This document shows, piece by piece, positions 52,977-63,435 of a DNA stretch of 64,000 nt. Origin of the DNA: Planctomycetota bacterium. Lineage in GTDB: Bacteria > Planctomycetota > JAMOSO01. The stretch is from positions 5,370 through 69,369 of the forward strand of contig JAMOSO010000011.1 in the NCBI GenBank assembly GCA_027063065.1. Direction: 5' to 3'. The notes beneath the pieces were generated by a model. The model saw only the letters and a program-made list of their open reading frames with translations. It was not told the DNA's origin and searched no databases. Both the position numbers and the translations under genes were made by a program. Each line of letters opens with the position of its first letter. The stretch's first letter is position 1.

Positions 52977-54539
52977 ATGTCAAACAAAATTGAAATATAC
53001 GATTCAACACTACGCGATGGCTCTCAGGGAGAAGGCATATCCTTTTCTTTAGATGATAAATTATCAACTGCTATCGAGCTAGACAAACTAGGTATTAGCT
53101 TTATAGAAGGTGGCTGGCCATTTTCTAATGTTAAAGATGAAAACTTTTTTAAACTTATTCAAAAAGAAAATCTTAAACATGCTCAAATCGCTGCGTTTGG
53201 CTCAACTAGACGTGCCAATACAAACGCCAAAGATGATAAAAATTTAAATGCCCTTTTGTATGCAGAATCTCCTGTCATAACAATTTTTGGCAAAAGTTGG
53301 GATTTACATGTTACAGATGCTTTAAAAGTGAGCTTTGAAGAAAATCTAGCTATGATAGCCAGTAGCATAGAATACTTAAAACAACATGATAGACATGTCA
53401 TATATGATGCCGAGCATTTTTTTGATGGATATAAAAGCAATCCAGAATATGCCATTAAAACTATCTTAGCAGCTCAAAATGCAGGTGCTTCTACGCTGGT
53501 CTTATGCGATACAAATGGAGGCTCTTTACCATTTGAAATACAAAAAATTGTTAGTGATGTTAAAAAAATAACCACTGTTAATATTGGTATCCACGCCCAC
53601 AATGACAGTGGTTTAGGCGTAGCCAATAGTTTATCTGCCGTAGAAGGTGGTGCTAAACATATACAAGGCACAATTAACGGCATTGGGGAACGCTGTGGCA
53701 ATGCAGACATCACAAGCATTATTGCCAATTTAGAATTAAAAATGAACAAACAATGCCTACCAGACACACATATACAAAAACTGACTGAAACAAGCCATTT
53801 TGTTTGGGATATAACAAACCAAAACCCAATTGGCAATCAACCATTTGTTGGCATATCAGCATTTGCACATAAAGGTGGCATACATGTAAGCGCCATCGCA
53901 AGAAACTCTAAAACATACGAACATATAAAACCAGAAGCGGTCGGCAATACCCAACGCATATTAATATCCGAATTATCTGGCAAATCAAACGTACTTGCTA
54001 AGTCAAAAAAACACGATTTATCCAAACACCCTGAAGCACTTAAACAGGTATTAGCTAAAGTAGTTGAGTTAGAAAAAGAAGGTTATAGTTTTGAGTCTGC
54101 CGAAGCATCATTTGAATTGCTAATCCGTAAAATAATGGGAGACAAATTAAACTTTTTTAAATGCGAGGGATACCGTTCTATTATAGAAAACAGTCCAAAT
54201 CATACCTCGGAAATATCTGAAGTAAGCGTAAAAGTAAGAGTTGGAGAAAAACTTGAACATAAAGTAGCTGAAGGACACGGACCTGTTGATGCTATAAAAC
54301 GTGCTTTAAGACGTTCTTTAGTACCCCATTATCCACAGTTAAACGATATGAAATTAGTTGACTACAAAGTTAGAGTCATTGAAGGTGGCGATGGTACATC
54401 TTCTAAAGTACGCGTACTGATAACCAGTAAAGATAAAAAAGACCTTTGGAGTACCATAGGTGTTTCTGAAAATATATTAGAAGCCAGTTTTAAGGCTTTA
54501 GTAGATTCTTTTGAATATAAACTTGTTAAAGATAATTAG
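52977..54539 (+). CDS. cimA: Citramalate synthase (DRE-TIM, Geobacter-type CimA)
   Basis: YDSTLRDGSQGEG, IEGGWP, GKSWDLHV, YDAEHFFDGY, HAHNDSG, AFAHKGGIH, SELSGKSN, regulatory domain GHGPVDA/DYKVR. Confidence 0.9.
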   Translation: MSNKIEIYDSTLRDGSQGEGISFSLDDKLSTAIELDKLGISFIEGGWPFSNVKDENFFKLIQKENLKHAQIAAFGSTRRANTNAKDDKNLNALLYAESPVITIFGKSWDLHVTDALKVSFEENLAMIASSIEYLKQHDRHVIYDAEHFFDGYKSNPEYAIKTILAAQNAGASTLVLCDTNGGSLPFEIQKIVSDVKKITTVNIGIHAHNDSGLGVANSLSAVEGGAKHIQGTINGIGERCGNADITSIIANLELKMNKQCLPDTHIQKLTETSHFVWDITNQNPIGNQPFVGISAFAHKGGIHVSAIARNSKTYEHIKPEAVGNTQRILISELSGKSNVLAKSKKHDLSKHPEALKQVLAKVVELEKEGYSFESAEASFELLIRKIMGDKLNFFKCEGYRSIIENSPNHTSEISEVSVKVRVGEKLEHKVAEGHGPVDAIKRALRRSLVPHYPQLNDMKLVDYKVRVIEGGDGTSSKVRVLITSKDKKDLWSTIGVSENILEASFKALVDSFEYKLVKDN

Positions 54540-54546
54540 AGATAAT

Positions 54547-57222
54547 ATGCCTACAGAATTAGACACTCGCTACAACCCAGACAATGTTGAAGATCGCATT
54601 TATAAAATGTGGGAAGACAAAAATTTATTTGCATCTAAACCAAATCCTGATAAAAAACCATACACCATTGTGATACCTCCGCCAAATGTAACTGGCGCAT
54701 TGCACATGGGGCATGCTTTAAACAATACTATACAAGATATTTTAATTCGTTGGCGACGTATGCAGGGGCACGAAACCCTATGGATGCCCGGTACTGATCA
54801 TGCAGGTATAGCTACCCAAAATGTTGTGGAAAGAGCATTAAAAAAAGAAGGCAAAACTCGTCATGATGTTGGCAGAGAAACTTTGGTTAATCGTATTTGG
54901 GATTGGAAAGCAGAATATGGCTCTAGAATTATCAATCAATTAAAAAAATTAGGTTCATCTTGTGATTGGCAACGCGAACGCTTTACTATGGATGATGGAC
55001 TTTCTGCTGCTGTAAAAGAAAATTTTATTAATCTATTTAAAAAAGATTTAATCTATCGTGGTAATTATTTAGTAAATTGGTGTCCACAATGCACTACTGC
55101 ATTAGCTGATGATGAAGTAGAACATTCAGACGATAAAGGTCATATGTGGCATATGCGATACCCCTTAACAGAAAACCCAAATAAATTTTTGATAGTAGCC
55201 ACAACACGACCAGAAACAATGTTTGGCGATACCGCAGTTGCTGTAAGTGCCAAAGATGAGCGTTATAAAGATTTAATTGGCAAAACTATCACCTTGCCTT
55301 TTGTCAATCGACAAATCCCTATTATTGCCGATGAACATGTAGACTCTGCCTTTGGAACAGGAGCTGTCAAGGTAACTCCAGCTCACGATCCAAATGATTG
55401 GCAAATAGGCAAACGCCATAATTTAGCTGAAATTACAGTAATGGATGAACATGGTATAATGAATAATGAAGCTGGCGTTTTTGCTAATCAAGATCGTTTT
55501 ACCTGCCGTAAAAACATCATAAAACAATTAGATGAATTAGGACTATTAGAAAAGATAGAAGATCATGACCATTCTGTTGGACATTGCTATAGATGTGATA
55601 CCGTTATAGAATCCAGATTATCTAAACAATGGTTTGTCAAAATGAAACCATTGGCAGAAGCTGCCATTGCCAAAACAAATGCAAAGGAATTAACTTTTCA
55701 CCCCAACAGATGGGAAAAAGTTTACATGTCTTGGTTAGAAAACGTCAGAGACTGGTGTATCAGTCGACAAATTTGGTGGGGACATCGCATTCCTATTTGG
55801 TATTGTGAAGACTGTAACGAAGTTATACCAAGTGCCGACAATTGTGTTGAAATTTGTCCAAAGTGTCAAAGTACAAAACTACACCAAGATCCTGATGTAC
55901 TAGATACTTGGTTTTCTTCTGCCTTATGGCCTTTTTCTACTTTAGGTTGGCCAGAAAACACAAAAGAACTTGATTACTACTACCCCACTAACACCCTTGT
56001 AACAGATCGTGGCATAATTTATTTTTGGGTTGCCAGAATGGTTATGATGGGTTTAGAAAATATTGGGCAAATACCATTTAAAGATGTTTACATCCATGGA
56101 ACAATACTAGATGAACAAGGTCGTAAAATGTCAAAATCATTAGGCAATGGTATTGATCCATTAGAAATGATAAAAAAATATAGTGCCGACGCCGTTAGGT
56201 TTTCCATTATCAGCCTAACTACTGAAGGACAAGATGTAAAATTATCTCCAACTAAATTTGAAATGGGACGAAATTTTACTAATAAACTATGGAATGCATC
56301 ACGTTTTGTTTTGATTAATTTAGAAGGATTTGAAAAAACAAATATAAACTATGACGATTTAACTTTTGCCGATAAATGGATATTATCTAACTTAAATAAA
56401 ACAATTGCTAAAGTTAGTGACGATTTAGAAAATTTCCATTTTAATCAAGCGCTAAACACTACTTATGATTTTGTATGGAATCAATTTTGCTCTTGGTATT
56501 TAGAAATTACCAAACCAATTATTGCTATTGGTGGCGACGACAAAATAAGATCCCAACAAATATTAGCGCATATTTTGGATTCTATCTTGCGCCTATTACA
56601 TCCAATTGTACCTTTTATCACTGAAGAACTATGGGAAAAACTTGCAAAAATTGCCCCTGTTAGAGATTTGATATCAACTGATAAACCTAGTCAATACATT
56701 ATCAACGCCCCATGGCCAATGGCCGACCAAAAGTATATAGATACCAAATTACATTCGACAATGGATACTTTACAAGATATTATCCGTGCTGTAAGAACTA
56801 TTCGTAACCAAACAGGCGTGGGTGAAAAAATAATTATTAATTCTTTTATTTCTGCCAATAATTTAGAAATAAAAGAATTAGTCGATGAACACAAAAAATT
56901 TATCACATATATGGCCAATTGCACAATTGAAGCATTAGACATAAATTTAACTCAGCCACATAATTCTGCCGTAGAAGTAACCGATAGTGCCAAAATATTT
57001 GTAGCTTTAGAGGGCTTAATTGACAATGATGCCGAAAGAGAAAAAATCAAAAAAGAAATAGACAAAGTATCAAAAGGTCTAAAAGCTTTAAGCGGTAAAT
57101 TGAATAATCAAAAATTTATTAGCAATGCCCCAGAAGCTGTAGTTAAGGCAGAACAAGCTCGCCAAGCAGAATTGCAAGAAAAATTAAATAATCTTGAAGA
57201 TAGCTTCAAAGCTTTAGCATAA
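54547..57222 (+). CDS. valS: Valine--tRNA ligase
   Basis: PPPNVTGALHMGH (HIGH), GTDHAGIATQ, WCISRQIWWGH, DTWFSS, KMSKS, C-terminal coiled coil. Start at ATG 54547. Confidence 0.97.
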   Translation: MPTELDTRYNPDNVEDRIYKMWEDKNLFASKPNPDKKPYTIVIPPPNVTGALHMGHALNNTIQDILIRWRRMQGHETLWMPGTDHAGIATQNVVERALKKEGKTRHDVGRETLVNRIWDWKAEYGSRIINQLKKLGSSCDWQRERFTMDDGLSAAVKENFINLFKKDLIYRGNYLVNWCPQCTTALADDEVEHSDDKGHMWHMRYPLTENPNKFLIVATTRPETMFGDTAVAVSAKDERYKDLIGKTITLPFVNRQIPIIADEHVDSAFGTGAVKVTPAHDPNDWQIGKRHNLAEITVMDEHGIMNNEAGVFANQDRFTCRKNIIKQLDELGLLEKIEDHDHSVGHCYRCDTVIESRLSKQWFVKMKPLAEAAIAKTNAKELTFHPNRWEKVYMSWLENVRDWCISRQIWWGHRIPIWYCEDCNEVIPSADNCVEICPKCQSTKLHQDPDVLDTWFSSALWPFSTLGWPENTKELDYYYPTNTLVTDRGIIYFWVARMVMMGLENIGQIPFKDVYIHGTILDEQGRKMSKSLGNGIDPLEMIKKYSADAVRFSIISLTTEGQDVKLSPTKFEMGRNFTNKLWNASRFVLINLEGFEKTNINYDDLTFADKWILSNLNKTIAKVSDDLENFHFNQALNTTYDFVWNQFCSWYLEITKPIIAIGGDDKIRSQQILAHILDSILRLLHPIVPFITEELWEKLAKIAPVRDLISTDKPSQYIINAPWPMADQKYIDTKLHSTMDTLQDIIRAVRTIRNQTGVGEKIIINSFISANNLEIKELVDEHKKFITYMANCTIEALDINLTQPHNSAVEVTDSAKIFVALEGLIDNDAEREKIKKEIDKVSKGLKALSGKLNNQKFISNAPEAVVKAEQARQAELQEKLNNLEDSFKALA

Positions 57223-57257
57223 AAAAAAAGCCCCATAGGTTTTGCCTATGGGGCTTT
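57221..57257. terminator. Bidirectional intrinsic terminator between valS and rhaB
   Basis: 13-bp stem AAAGCCCCATAGG-ttttg-CCTATGGGGCTTT, with a long U-tract on the minus strand. Confidence 0.88.
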
Positions 57258-57266
57258 CAAAACTAT

Positions 57267-58733
57267 TTATTTCAATAATGATTTAAATTTTTTATAGTGA
57301 GTTTCCCAACGACAATCTTGTTTTGGGATATATATTTTATTATCAAAACTATCAGCAATTAACTTACGTCCTGCTGTCAAATCAGCAACTTCTCCACTGG
57401 CAATAGCTTGCGTAATAATATTGCCTGCTGCAGTAGCTTCAATAGGCCCAGCAACAACTTGCCTGCCAGTTGCATCGGCTGTCAATTGACATAATAAACT
57501 ATCCTGAATGCCGCCACCGACCATATAAATAGTATCATATTTTTTATTATGTAAGTCCTCTAAATCTTCTATGGTTGCGCGATATTTTAAAGCTAGGCTT
57601 TCTGCTATACAACGCAACATAACACCTTTATCATCGCTAACATCTTGATTGGTATCTTTCCAAAATGTTTTTATAGTAACAGGCATATCCGCAGGTGCTA
57701 TAAAACTATCATCGTCAGGATTTAATAATACTCCAAAAGCAGGTGCTTGTTTTGCCAATAAAGATAACTCTCCAAAATCATCTGTAGCCCCTTGCTTAAC
57801 CCAGCGTCTACGACACTCTTGAACTAACCATAAGCCCATTATGTTTTTCATAAAATTAATTTTGCCACCAACGCCACCCTCGTTAGTAAATTGCTGTGCG
57901 CAAGCTTCGGATGAGGTTAAAGCGTTATCTAACTCCACCCCCAACAAACTCCAAGTACCACAACTAATAAAGATAAAATCATCTTTATCAGATGGTACAG
58001 CAGCTACTGCGCTTTGGGTATCATGCCCAGCAGTTGCCACAACGTTAAAAGCGTGAACGCCCAATTCCTGACAAACCTCAGATCGCAACATACCTATATC
58101 AGAACCAGATGGCGAAACTTTCCCAAAAATTTTACGTGGTAAATTTAATTTATCGATAATTTCATTACTCCAGCTACCTGTTTTGGCATCTAATAATTGA
58201 GATGTAGAAGCAATTGAATATTCAGTTATTTTTTTACCTGTCAAAAAATAAGCTAATAAGTCTGGAGTAAATAATAAATCTTCTGCTAAATCCAAAATAG
58301 CATCACCATTTTGACGCATAGAAGATAATTGTAAAATTGTATTAAAAAACATACTTTGAATACCTGTTATCTCATACAGACGTTCACTACCAATTATATC
58401 ATCTACTATCTCTTGCATACCATCAGTACGAGGATCGCGATAAGTATACGGCACACCTAAAAGCCTGCCTTCTCTATCTAATAAACCAAAATCAACCCCC
58501 CAAGTATCAATGCCCATCGATTTTATATTAGCTCCGAAATGATGACATTTTAAAATACTTTGTTTAATTTCATGCAATAACCTAAAAGTATCCCAATATA
58601 GATTTTTACCTATTTGAATGGTTTCATTTTCAAAACGGTGTACTTCTTCAATATTTAATTTACCATCTTGTATATGGCCAAGTATTGCACGTCCAGATGA
58701 CGCTCCAAAATCAAGTGCGAGGTATGTTCCCAT
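57267..58733 (-). CDS. rhaB: Rhamnulokinase / fuculokinase-like FGGY kinase
   Basis: LALDFGASSGR, EEVHRF, GIDTWGVDFGL, YRDPRT, ASTSQL, GHDTQSA, SCGTWSLLG, FTNEGG, KNIMGLW, VAGPIEAT. Confidence 0.88.
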   Translation of the reverse strand: MGTYLALDFGASSGRAILGHIQDGKLNIEEVHRFENETIQIGKNLYWDTFRLLHEIKQSILKCHHFGANIKSMGIDTWGVDFGLLDREGRLLGVPYTYRDPRTDGMQEIVDDIIGSERLYEITGIQSMFFNTILQLSSMRQNGDAILDLAEDLLFTPDLLAYFLTGKKITEYSIASTSQLLDAKTGSWSNEIIDKLNLPRKIFGKVSPSGSDIGMLRSEVCQELGVHAFNVVATAGHDTQSAVAAVPSDKDDFIFISCGTWSLLGVELDNALTSSEACAQQFTNEGGVGGKINFMKNIMGLWLVQECRRRWVKQGATDDFGELSLLAKQAPAFGVLLNPDDDSFIAPADMPVTIKTFWKDTNQDVSDDKGVMLRCIAESLALKYRATIEDLEDLHNKKYDTIYMVGGGIQDSLLCQLTADATGRQVVAGPIEATAAGNIITQAIASGEVADLTAGRKLIADSFDNKIYIPKQDCRWETHYKKFKSLLK

Positions 58734-58754
58734 TTATTTTTCCTATTAAATATG

Positions 58755-58768
58755 TGCAATCGATTGCA
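58755..58768. promoter_or_regulatory. LacI/GalR-type operator upstream of rhaB
   Basis: Perfect 14-bp palindrome TGCAATCGATTGCA with a central CG, just downstream of a minus-strand promoter TTGCCT-N16-TAAGCT (58778-58805). Confidence 0.7.
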
Positions 58769-58925
58769 TAAGCATTTAGCTTAACAAAATAATCCTCACA
58801 GGCAACTATTACTTATATTTATTAACATGCAATTTTAGCAAAATATATCTTCATTAGTTAAAGCTATTTAGATAAAATAAATGGTCAAAATTAACATTTT
58901 AGTTTTAATATTTAAAGGTAAGCAA

Positions 58926-59783
58926 ATGAAAAAGACTTTATTATTGGTTAGTGTTTTATGCAGTTTAACCACAATAGCTAAAGCAACACCTACATTTAAC
59001 TTTACAGCAATACCAGATCAAAATTCCGCTGGATTAGAAAAACGTTTTGGTGGCATAGCTAAATATCTAAGTCAACAATTAAACGTTAAAGTTAAATATA
59101 TACCTGTAAAATCGTATACTGCCTCTATTACAGCCTTTAAAAGCAATGTTGTACAATTAGCTTGGTTTGGTGGTTTATCCGGCGTTAAAGCTCGCTTGGC
59201 TGTCGCAGGTTCAAAAGCGATAGCTCAAGGAGCAGAAGATCGCAAATTTAAAACATATATAATTGCCCACGTTTCAACAGGACTTGCAAAAAGCGAAACC
59301 TTTCCTAAGGGTATCCAAGATAAAACTTTTACCTTTGGTTCTAAAGGTTCAACTTCTGGAAGATTAATGCCTGAATATTATATCCGCAAAGCATTTAACG
59401 ATAGCCCAAATCATATTTTTAAGCGTGTTGGATTTAGTGGAGATCACTCTAAAACTATTTCATTAGTAGAATCTGGCACATATTTAGTAGGTGCTGTAAA
59501 TTATGCTGTTTGGGATAGGTCTATCTCTGAACATAAAATTGACACATCTAAGGTACAAATTATTTGGACAACACCCGAATACCCTGATTACAATTGGACA
59601 ATTCGCGGCGATGTTGACAAAACGTGGGGTAAAGGTTTTACTCAAAAGTTAACCCAAGCTTTACTGAACTTAAAAGATAAAAAATTGTTAGCTAGCTTTC
59701 CTAGATCTGCTTTTATACCCGCCAAAAATGCTGACTACAAACCTATCCTAGATACTGCAAAGGCGCTTGGCATTGTTAGATAA
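58926..59783 (+). CDS. PhnD-like ABC substrate-binding protein (putative selenate-binding subfamily)
   Basis: Signal peptide, FTAIPDQ, LAWFGGLSGV, FTFGSKGSTSGRLMP, GFSGDHSKT, TPEYPDYNW. Start at ATG 58926. Confidence 0.8.
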   Translation: MKKTLLLVSVLCSLTTIAKATPTFNFTAIPDQNSAGLEKRFGGIAKYLSQQLNVKVKYIPVKSYTASITAFKSNVVQLAWFGGLSGVKARLAVAGSKAIAQGAEDRKFKTYIIAHVSTGLAKSETFPKGIQDKTFTFGSKGSTSGRLMPEYYIRKAFNDSPNHIFKRVGFSGDHSKTISLVESGTYLVGAVNYAVWDRSISEHKIDTSKVQIIWTTPEYPDYNWTIRGDVDKTWGKGFTQKLTQALLNLKDKKLLASFPRSAFIPAKNADYKPILDTAKALGIVR

Positions 59784-60436
59784 TGCTCTCCATTAAAAAT
59801 ATAAATGTTAAATATGGCGATTTTATCGCACTGAAAAATATTTCACTAGAGCTAAAGCTTAAAGAGCACGTTGCAATTATCGGCCCCAGCGGAGCTGGAA
59901 AAAGCACACTATTACGTGAGATATATAGACGCATACCTACTGGTGCAAATTTAATACAACAACAATTTGCACTAGTTCCACAATTAAAGACTTTTCACAA
60001 TGTATATATAGCTAGATTAGAAAGATATTCTTTTTTTACAAATCTATGCAATTTAATCAAGCCAAATACACAACGTTACCAAGAAATATTAACCATACTC
60101 AAAGACTTAGGTATTGAAAATAAAATATTAACACCAGTATCACAGTTATCTGGTGGCGAACAACAAAGGGTCGCCATTGCCAGAGCGTTATACCATGGAG
60201 GCAATATAATTTTAGGTGACGAACCAATTTCAGCAGTCGATCCTCATAATTCCGACATTATTATGTCAACGCTAAGCAATAGTAATAAAACATTTATTTT
60301 TTCTGTGCATCAAGTAGAAGTTGCTTTAAAATTTGCAACTAGAATCATTGGTATGAAAGATGGACAAATCTTCTTTGACGATGCACCAGGCAATATAAAA
60401 CGCTCACAAATTAACAACCTTTACGCACCATGTTAA
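59783..60436 (+). CDS. PhnC-like ABC ATP-binding protein
   Basis: GPSGAGKST, LSGGEQQRVAIARAL, GDEPISAVDP, H-loop. Confidence 0.85.
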   Translation: MLSIKNINVKYGDFIALKNISLELKLKEHVAIIGPSGAGKSTLLREIYRRIPTGANLIQQQFALVPQLKTFHNVYIARLERYSFFTNLCNLIKPNTQRYQEILTILKDLGIENKILTPVSQLSGGEQQRVAIARALYHGGNIILGDEPISAVDPHNSDIIMSTLSNSNKTFIFSVHQVEVALKFATRIIGMKDGQIFFDDAPGNIKRSQINNLYAPC

Positions 60437-61875
60437 AAACTTGTTTTGGATTTTTACTAGCTGGATTTATCGCATTATTTTTTGTAGATTTCGAAATCAG
60501 CACCATAAATCCAATTATTGAATTATCCAAAATTGCAAATGGTATTTTATGCCCTTCTTTTGCAAGGTTTACTGAGATTTATCCGAGCATTTTTACTACC
60601 GTTGCAATAGCAATAGTAAGCATAACTATCAGTATTATAATTGGCTCAATAATTGCGTTTTTTTATAACCAATGGTACGCTAGGGCTGTATGTATAGCCT
60701 TGCGATCAGTACATGAAATTTTTTGGGCCTTACTTTTAATCCCTATATTTGGTCTCACTCCTCTTAGTGCTGTACTGGCAATTACAATTCCATTTATTGG
60801 GATATTTGCAAAAGTATTTTCAGAAATTGAAAGTGAGTCTAATAAAGCTCCTCGCCAAGCATTATCAAAACAAACATCCAAACTAAGCGGATTTATATAT
60901 ACTATTTTACCAATTATAACTCCTGCGATGTTTAATTATATTCGTTATCGTTTTGAATGTGCATTGCGATCTAGTGCTGTACTAGGCTTTTTAGGTATTC
61001 CAACTATTGGATTTTATTTAGAAACAATGTTTAGAGAAGGATACTACCATCAAGCTGCTGGATTATTAATTATCTTTTACATGTTAATTTTTTCTTTACG
61101 CTATTGGCTAAAAACTAAAATTCTTATTATTATTACTTTAATTGCGTTTGCATATATTTTTAAATCTGAAAATTTGCATTTTTATACTACTGGTTACCTA
61201 ACAGAATTAACTCCATGGCCTTTGCGCAGTACACAAAGTTTTCATGATTGGTTTTTAGAAATTTACAAATTAGGCGCCCAAGGATTAATTAACACCATAA
61301 GTCTCACTCAAGTATCTATTGTTAGCACAGCTATACTAGCTATTTTATTAATCCCTATGTCTTCAATTAAATTTGTATCAAAATCAACAAAAAATATTTT
61401 TCACATTTTATTAATCATATTAAGAACAACACCAGAATTATTTATAGCTTATTTGTTTTTGGTTCTATTAGGCCCTTCAATGTTGCCTGCTGTTATAGCA
61501 TTAACATTACACAATGCAGCCATTATGGCTTATTTAAGTGTTGGTTTATGTGATAAATTAGATATACCAGAAGGTGTATACAAACGGAAATTAGATAGTT
61601 ATTTCTTTTGGTTTTTACCGCAATTATTTGGGCAGTTTATTGCATTTTTATTTCTGCGTTGGGAAGTTATGATTAGAGATTCTGCCCTCTTAGGCATTAT
61701 AGGTATTTATACTATTGGTTTTTATATCGATAGTGCCATCAGTGATCAACACTTAGATGTGGCACTGGCTCTTATAATTTTATCTGGCCTTTTAACTTTA
61801 ATGGTTGATACAACCAGTCATATAATACGCAAACGCCTGCGATTAGAAGGTATAACCACATGCGTGCAAATTTAA
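60430..61875 (+). CDS. PhnE/PtxC-like ABC permease (two fused permease domains)
   Basis: LRSVHEIFWALL and YRFECALRSSAVLG in the first half, LRTTPE and LRWEVMIRDSALLG in the second. Confidence 0.82.
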   Translation: MLKTCFGFLLAGFIALFFVDFEISTINPIIELSKIANGILCPSFARFTEIYPSIFTTVAIAIVSITISIIIGSIIAFFYNQWYARAVCIALRSVHEIFWALLLIPIFGLTPLSAVLAITIPFIGIFAKVFSEIESESNKAPRQALSKQTSKLSGFIYTILPIITPAMFNYIRYRFECALRSSAVLGFLGIPTIGFYLETMFREGYYHQAAGLLIIFYMLIFSLRYWLKTKILIIITLIAFAYIFKSENLHFYTTGYLTELTPWPLRSTQSFHDWFLEIYKLGAQGLINTISLTQVSIVSTAILAILLIPMSSIKFVSKSTKNIFHILLIILRTTPELFIAYLFLVLLGPSMLPAVIALTLHNAAIMAYLSVGLCDKLDIPEGVYKRKLDSYFFWFLPQLFGQFIAFLFLRWEVMIRDSALLGIIGIYTIGFYIDSAISDQHLDVALALIILSGLLTLMVDTTSHIIRKRLRLEGITTCVQI

Positions 61876-63434
61876 TACTAATTTGTTTATTGATTGCTGG
61901 ATGTTCAACTTTACCAAAAAATGTTGTAAAAACTAAAACTACTGCCATTTATAATACGCAAAATACAAGCCTTGGTTTATATGTAAATAAATTATTAAAT
62001 AAAAATAATAACTCACAAATGTATTTATTAGATGAAGGCTTAGGTGCTTTTTTTGCTAGAAAATTATTAATTGATAAAGCAATGTCATCGATTGATGTTC
62101 AATATTTTATATGGCGAGCTGACTTAGTTGGTAAATTAATGTTTTATGCTCTACTTTGCTCTGCGGATAAAGGTGTTAGAGTTAGAATTTTACTAGATGA
62201 TATCAGTATAGATAATCAAGTTTTAAAAATAATAACAGCCTTAGATCAACACAAGAATATTAGTGTAAGTGTGTACAACCCCTTTTCATCACGACTTTTT
62301 AGGTTTAAAGATTTTATTTTTGATTGGCACAGACTTAATAGAAGAATGCATAATAAATCTTTTACTGTTGACGCCCAAGTTACAATAGTAGGCGGACGAA
62401 ATATAGGTAACGGGTATTTTTCAGCCAATGAAAATTCTAATTTTTCAGATATAGATGTAATGGCTATTGGACCTATTGTTAAAGATATCGAAACTCAATT
62501 TGATGCTTATTGGAATAGCAAAGTAGTTGTGCCGATATCACATTTTAAATACAACCAAGCTACAGTAGAAGATTTAAATATCTTAAGATTACAACTTAAC
62601 AAATTTTATAAGTCTCAACAAATATCTAAATATGTGCAAGATATAAAATCGTCTACTGCATATCAATACTGGAATAATATTAAAAAAGTAAAAACTGATA
62701 ATATGTTGTTTACAGGAAAAGCAAAAGCCATATATGATGATCCAGGAAAAGGACTTAGTGCAAAACAAATAAATGTTACCTATTTAAAATCGCTTTTAGA
62801 ACCACATATACACCAAATTAAATCATCATTAGAAATTATATCACCATACTTTGTACCAGGACTCGAAGGTACAAAGCAACTAATAAGCCTAGTAAAAAAA
62901 GGCATAAAAGTAAGAGTGATTACCAACTCGTTGTCCTCCACTGACGGTGTAATGGCACAATCTGGATATGCTAAACGTAGATTAGAGTTATTAAAAGGCG
63001 GTATTGAAATATACGAATTAAAATCAAATGCCAAATCAAAGTATAATATGGCATTAAAAATGAGCGGTAAATCAAAAAAAGCATTACACGCAAAAGTATA
63101 TATTTTTGATAGAAAAGAAGTTTTTATAGGGTCATTCAATTTTGATTTAAGATCGGCTAATATTAACTCTGAAGTTGGCGTAATATATCAAATACCTAAT
63201 ATGGCATATCAAATAGCCCATAAGCGTTTTGATATAGATATTGATAAATTTACATATCAAGTCAAATTACAAAAAATAAAAACTAAAAGACGCAACAAGT
63301 TATCCCATGCTAATGTGATAACTTGGATTGATAAAAAAAATAAAAAATATTATACAACTAATCCCGACACTTCTATATGGCGTAAATTATTAGAATCTTT
63401 TTTTGAAATATTACCCATAGAATCTCAACTGTAA
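61860..63434 (+). CDS. Phospholipase D family lipoprotein (ClsC-like)
   Basis: Lipobox LLIAG|C, two HKD motifs (RRMHNKSFTVD...GGRNIG and LHAKVYIFD...GSFNFD), SPYFVP. Confidence 0.88.
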   Translation: MRANLILICLLIAGCSTLPKNVVKTKTTAIYNTQNTSLGLYVNKLLNKNNNSQMYLLDEGLGAFFARKLLIDKAMSSIDVQYFIWRADLVGKLMFYALLCSADKGVRVRILLDDISIDNQVLKIITALDQHKNISVSVYNPFSSRLFRFKDFIFDWHRLNRRMHNKSFTVDAQVTIVGGRNIGNGYFSANENSNFSDIDVMAIGPIVKDIETQFDAYWNSKVVVPISHFKYNQATVEDLNILRLQLNKFYKSQQISKYVQDIKSSTAYQYWNNIKKVKTDNMLFTGKAKAIYDDPGKGLSAKQINVTYLKSLLEPHIHQIKSSLEIISPYFVPGLEGTKQLISLVKKGIKVRVITNSLSSTDGVMAQSGYAKRRLELLKGGIEIYELKSNAKSKYNMALKMSGKSKKALHAKVYIFDRKEVFIGSFNFDLRSANINSEVGVIYQIPNMAYQIAHKRFDIDIDKFTYQVKLQKIKTKRRNKLSHANVITWIDKKNKKYYTTNPDTSIWRKLLESFFEILPIESQL

Positions 63435-63435
63435 A

